Source: Zestosphaera tikiterensis (lineage in GTDB: Archaea > Thermoproteota > Thermoprotei_A > Sulfolobales > NBVN01). Taken from it: a stretch of DNA of 32,000 nucleotides. The position numbers and the translations under genes are program-made. Numbering within the stretch: the first letter of the stretch is position 1; each line of letters begins with the position of its first letter. This document shows, in pieces, positions 30,230-32,000 of this stretch. A model generated the notes under the pieces. The model made no database searches. It was not told the origin of the DNA and saw nothing but the letters and a program-made list of their open reading frames with translations. The stretch spans positions 16,381 to 48,380 of the forward strand of contig NBVN01000007.1 in NCBI GenBank assembly GCA_003056265.1. The letters run 5' to 3'.

Positions 30230-31096
30230 ATGGTGCATAGAAATCTTCGTGGGGTGTATACGGTGGTGGAGCAAGAACATCGTTTGGGTTATGTGAAGAT
30301 TCCTAATTTTCATGAGGTGCGTGAGTTACCTACGTGTGGTTCTTGGTTTGTGGTGGAGGAGAAGGTTGATGGGAAGACGTTTGACGGTAGTTCGGCGTGT
30401 GTTGAGGTGTGGGGTGTTGAGTTGTGTGTGTTTGGTGAGTATGTAGGGGTAACTCATTTAATATTTTACAAGGATTTAATGAGTTACGTGTTTGTTTTTG
30501 ATGTGCGGTTGAATGGCATGTATTTAAAACCTCTTCCTAAGGTGTTGATTTCTACTTTGCTTGGTATTCCTCACGCCCCTATAAAAGGTTTTATAAGGGA
30601 AGTTACTGAAGAAGTGGTTACTCAATACTATATAGAGGAAAAAAGCTATTTTAAAACAGACCTCAACCCCGTAGTATGTAAAAAACATCCGCAAATATGT
30701 CAAAACTTTAAAGAACTATACGGCGAGAACTTCAGCGAAGGCATAGTCGTAAAATGTTATGAAGACGGAAAAATAAAAGCAGTAAAATACGTTAAACCAG
30801 AATTCGATAAAATAATAAACGAAATAGGAAGATATGAAAACTACCCAAACACTAACATAGTAAAATTCAACATAGATACAGCAGCAAAACTACAGAAAAC
30901 AAACCTAGAAAAAGTAATAAAGAATAACGCAAGTCAAACACACATTCAGAACCTTCTAAAACTCTTCATAGAAGCATATGAAAACACATACTCAAGTAAA
31001 ACCATAGAAGAAGCGGTTAAAACGCTCCCTGGAAGGAACAAGGATATGTTGAAGATAGCTATAGAAAGATGTGTTAGTAATTTAGAAGCCTGTTAA
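30230..31096 (+). CDS. ATP-dependent RNA ligase-like nucleotidyltransferase (Rnl2-like motif set)
   Basis: 288 aa. The covalent nucleotidyltransferase motifs occur in order: I EEKVDGK (KxDG), III VFGEYVG, IIIa VFDV, IV EGIVVK, V KAVKYVK. Confidence 0.7.
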   Translation: MVHRNLRGVYTVVEQEHRLGYVKIPNFHEVRELPTCGSWFVVEEKVDGKTFDGSSACVEVWGVELCVFGEYVGVTHLIFYKDLMSYVFVFDVRLNGMYLKPLPKVLISTLLGIPHAPIKGFIREVTEEVVTQYYIEEKSYFKTDLNPVVCKKHPQICQNFKELYGENFSEGIVVKCYEDGKIKAVKYVKPEFDKIINEIGRYENYPNTNIVKFNIDTAAKLQKTNLEKVIKNNASQTHIQNLLKLFIEAYENTYSSKTIEEAVKTLPGRNKDMLKIAIERCVSNLEAC

Positions 31097-31128
31097 TACT
31101 TAATATAAAAGGTTTATATATTGTTCTA

Positions 31129-31629
31129 TTAGAAAAAAGCTAGTGTTTTTAGTGTCTTTTTTATTCTTACTATTGATTCATGATCCCCTTCTTTAAATAG
31201 CTTTAGCAACGGGAGGAGAGATTTCAGAATTTCTTCTCTCTTTAACGCTTCTTGCGTTGGAGTATCGTGAACTGAATAAGGTTCTATTATGTAGCTTGAA
31301 CCAAATACGTGCTGGAATATCTTGAGAGCTCTTTCCATGTGAAAATCTGAGGTAACTAAAGCTATGTTTTTAGCGTTTACTTTCTGAGCGATGAGCTTAG
31401 CGTAATAAGCATTATCTAACGTATCCTCCGAGTTAGGATCAGAAAGAAGCTTTTCTGGAGATATTCCTTCACGAAGAGCTATGTGTGTCATATACTCAAC
31501 TTCATCCCTGTTTCCAACAAGCAGTAATTGTTTACAGACACCATTCTTAATTAGCTCAACACCTTTTAAGGTTCTCATCTTTCCAGCCTCTCCAAGACCA
31601 CCGCCTAAGACTACTGCTAAATCACACAT
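31129..31629 (-). CDS. DUF218 (YdcF/SanA/ElyC-like) domain protein
   Basis: 166 aa. The motifs VVLGGGLGEAG and LVTSDFHMERA match the GGG and TSxxHxxRA patterns of the family. Confidence 0.8.
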   Translation of the reverse strand: MCDLAVVLGGGLGEAGKMRTLKGVELIKNGVCKQLLLVGNRDEVEYMTHIALREGISPEKLLSDPNSEDTLDNAYYAKLIAQKVNAKNIALVTSDFHMERALKIFQHVFGSSYIIEPYSVHDTPTQEALKREEILKSLLPLLKLFKEGDHESIVRIKKTLKTLAFF

Positions 31630-31640
31630 AGCCTACAACC

Positions 31641-32000
31641 TCAGAAAAACATTCCATGAAGACCCGAAAGCTTGTTTAGTGCTCTACCTAGCCTGAGAAC
31701 TAGGTACAACCATAACTTTAGGAAGAGCTCAAAATGGTACTCATCAAAACTGCTTAGATCTAAGATTTCTCCTGCCACTGACTTATTTGGATCCTCAGTA
31801 CTTATAAGCTCCTTCAACTCTTTAATTACTTCACAATACCTCTTAAACTCATCTCCCATGAGCACTCTTCCCTTTTCTAGGACTTCATCTTGTTCTCCTA
31901 AGCTTAGCAAGTAGAGTATTTCAAACGCTGTTCTCATGGTTAACGGAAGATCGCCAACAAGATCCTCTAACGTTCCAAACTCCCTGTTAGTTCTTTTTAC
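31641..32000 (-). CDS. hypothetical protein, probably truncated by the window end
   Basis: The track ORF starts at the ATG at 31937, but the frame stays open upstream to position 32000 (VKRTNREFGTLEDLVGDLPLT-MRTAF...). The true start may therefore lie outside the window. Confidence 0.5.
   Translation of the reverse strand, partial: VKRTNREFGTLEDLVGDLPLTMRTAFEILYLLSLGEQDEVLEKGRVLMGDEFKRYCEVIKELKELISTEDPNKSVAGEILDLSSFDEYHFELFLKLWLYLVLRLGRALNKLSGLHGMFF

Noticed and set aside
1-32000. Search for tRNA, rRNA and integrase-split tRNA att sites
   Set aside because: No GTTCGAATC-type T-arm with a matching acceptor stem was seen, no rRNA-like GC-rich block, and no tyrosine integrase motif. Detection by eye is imperfect, so a tRNAscan or Infernal run is still advisable.

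Overview
This 32-kb window looks like an accessory, mobile-element-like region of a low-GC hyperthermophilic crenarchaeon. That assignment rests only on sequence style: a 24-nt CRISPR repeat whose reverse complement ends in GACTGAAAG, an Orc1/Cdc6 gene abutting an ORB-like inverted repeat and an A/T-only unwinding tract, TATA boxes 25-40 nt upstream of start codons, and K/E/I-rich proteins. Content from left to right: (1) a truncated wHTH regulator and a nucleotidyltransferase/HEPN-like gene pair; (2) a small serine recombinase with resolvase/invertase architecture; (3) a six-gene minus-strand cluster built around a classical AAA ATPase and a 637-aa Rad50/SMC-like ATPase, with four proteins I cannot assign; (4) a cas-less 5-repeat CRISPR mini-array with long 49-53 nt spacers and an inverted orphan repeat across its leader; (5) a GC-rich wHTH gene preceded by iterons, then an M48 metalloprotease; (6) a type II R-M pair with an extra small gene, then a TM/coiled-coil/HTH protein and an oxidoreductase; (7) a Zn-ribbon protein, a short divergent Orc1/Cdc6 and a well-formed replication origin; (8) a PH/SHOCT membrane protein, a dense non-coding repeat field and decayed gene fragments; (9) an AT-rich polytopic membrane protein, a three-gene membrane/surface operon divergent from an Rnl2-like RNA ligase, and a DUF218 protein. 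I recognised no rRNA or tRNA gene. The most unusual aspect is a set of repeat families that tie the region together: a 16-bp palindrome TTGATAAGCTTATCAA, a ~100-nt element centred on GTGTAAATTTACAC, and 120-180-bp direct repeats bracketing the orc1-origin module. All functional calls come from motif recognition by eye, and no database search or computation was possible.
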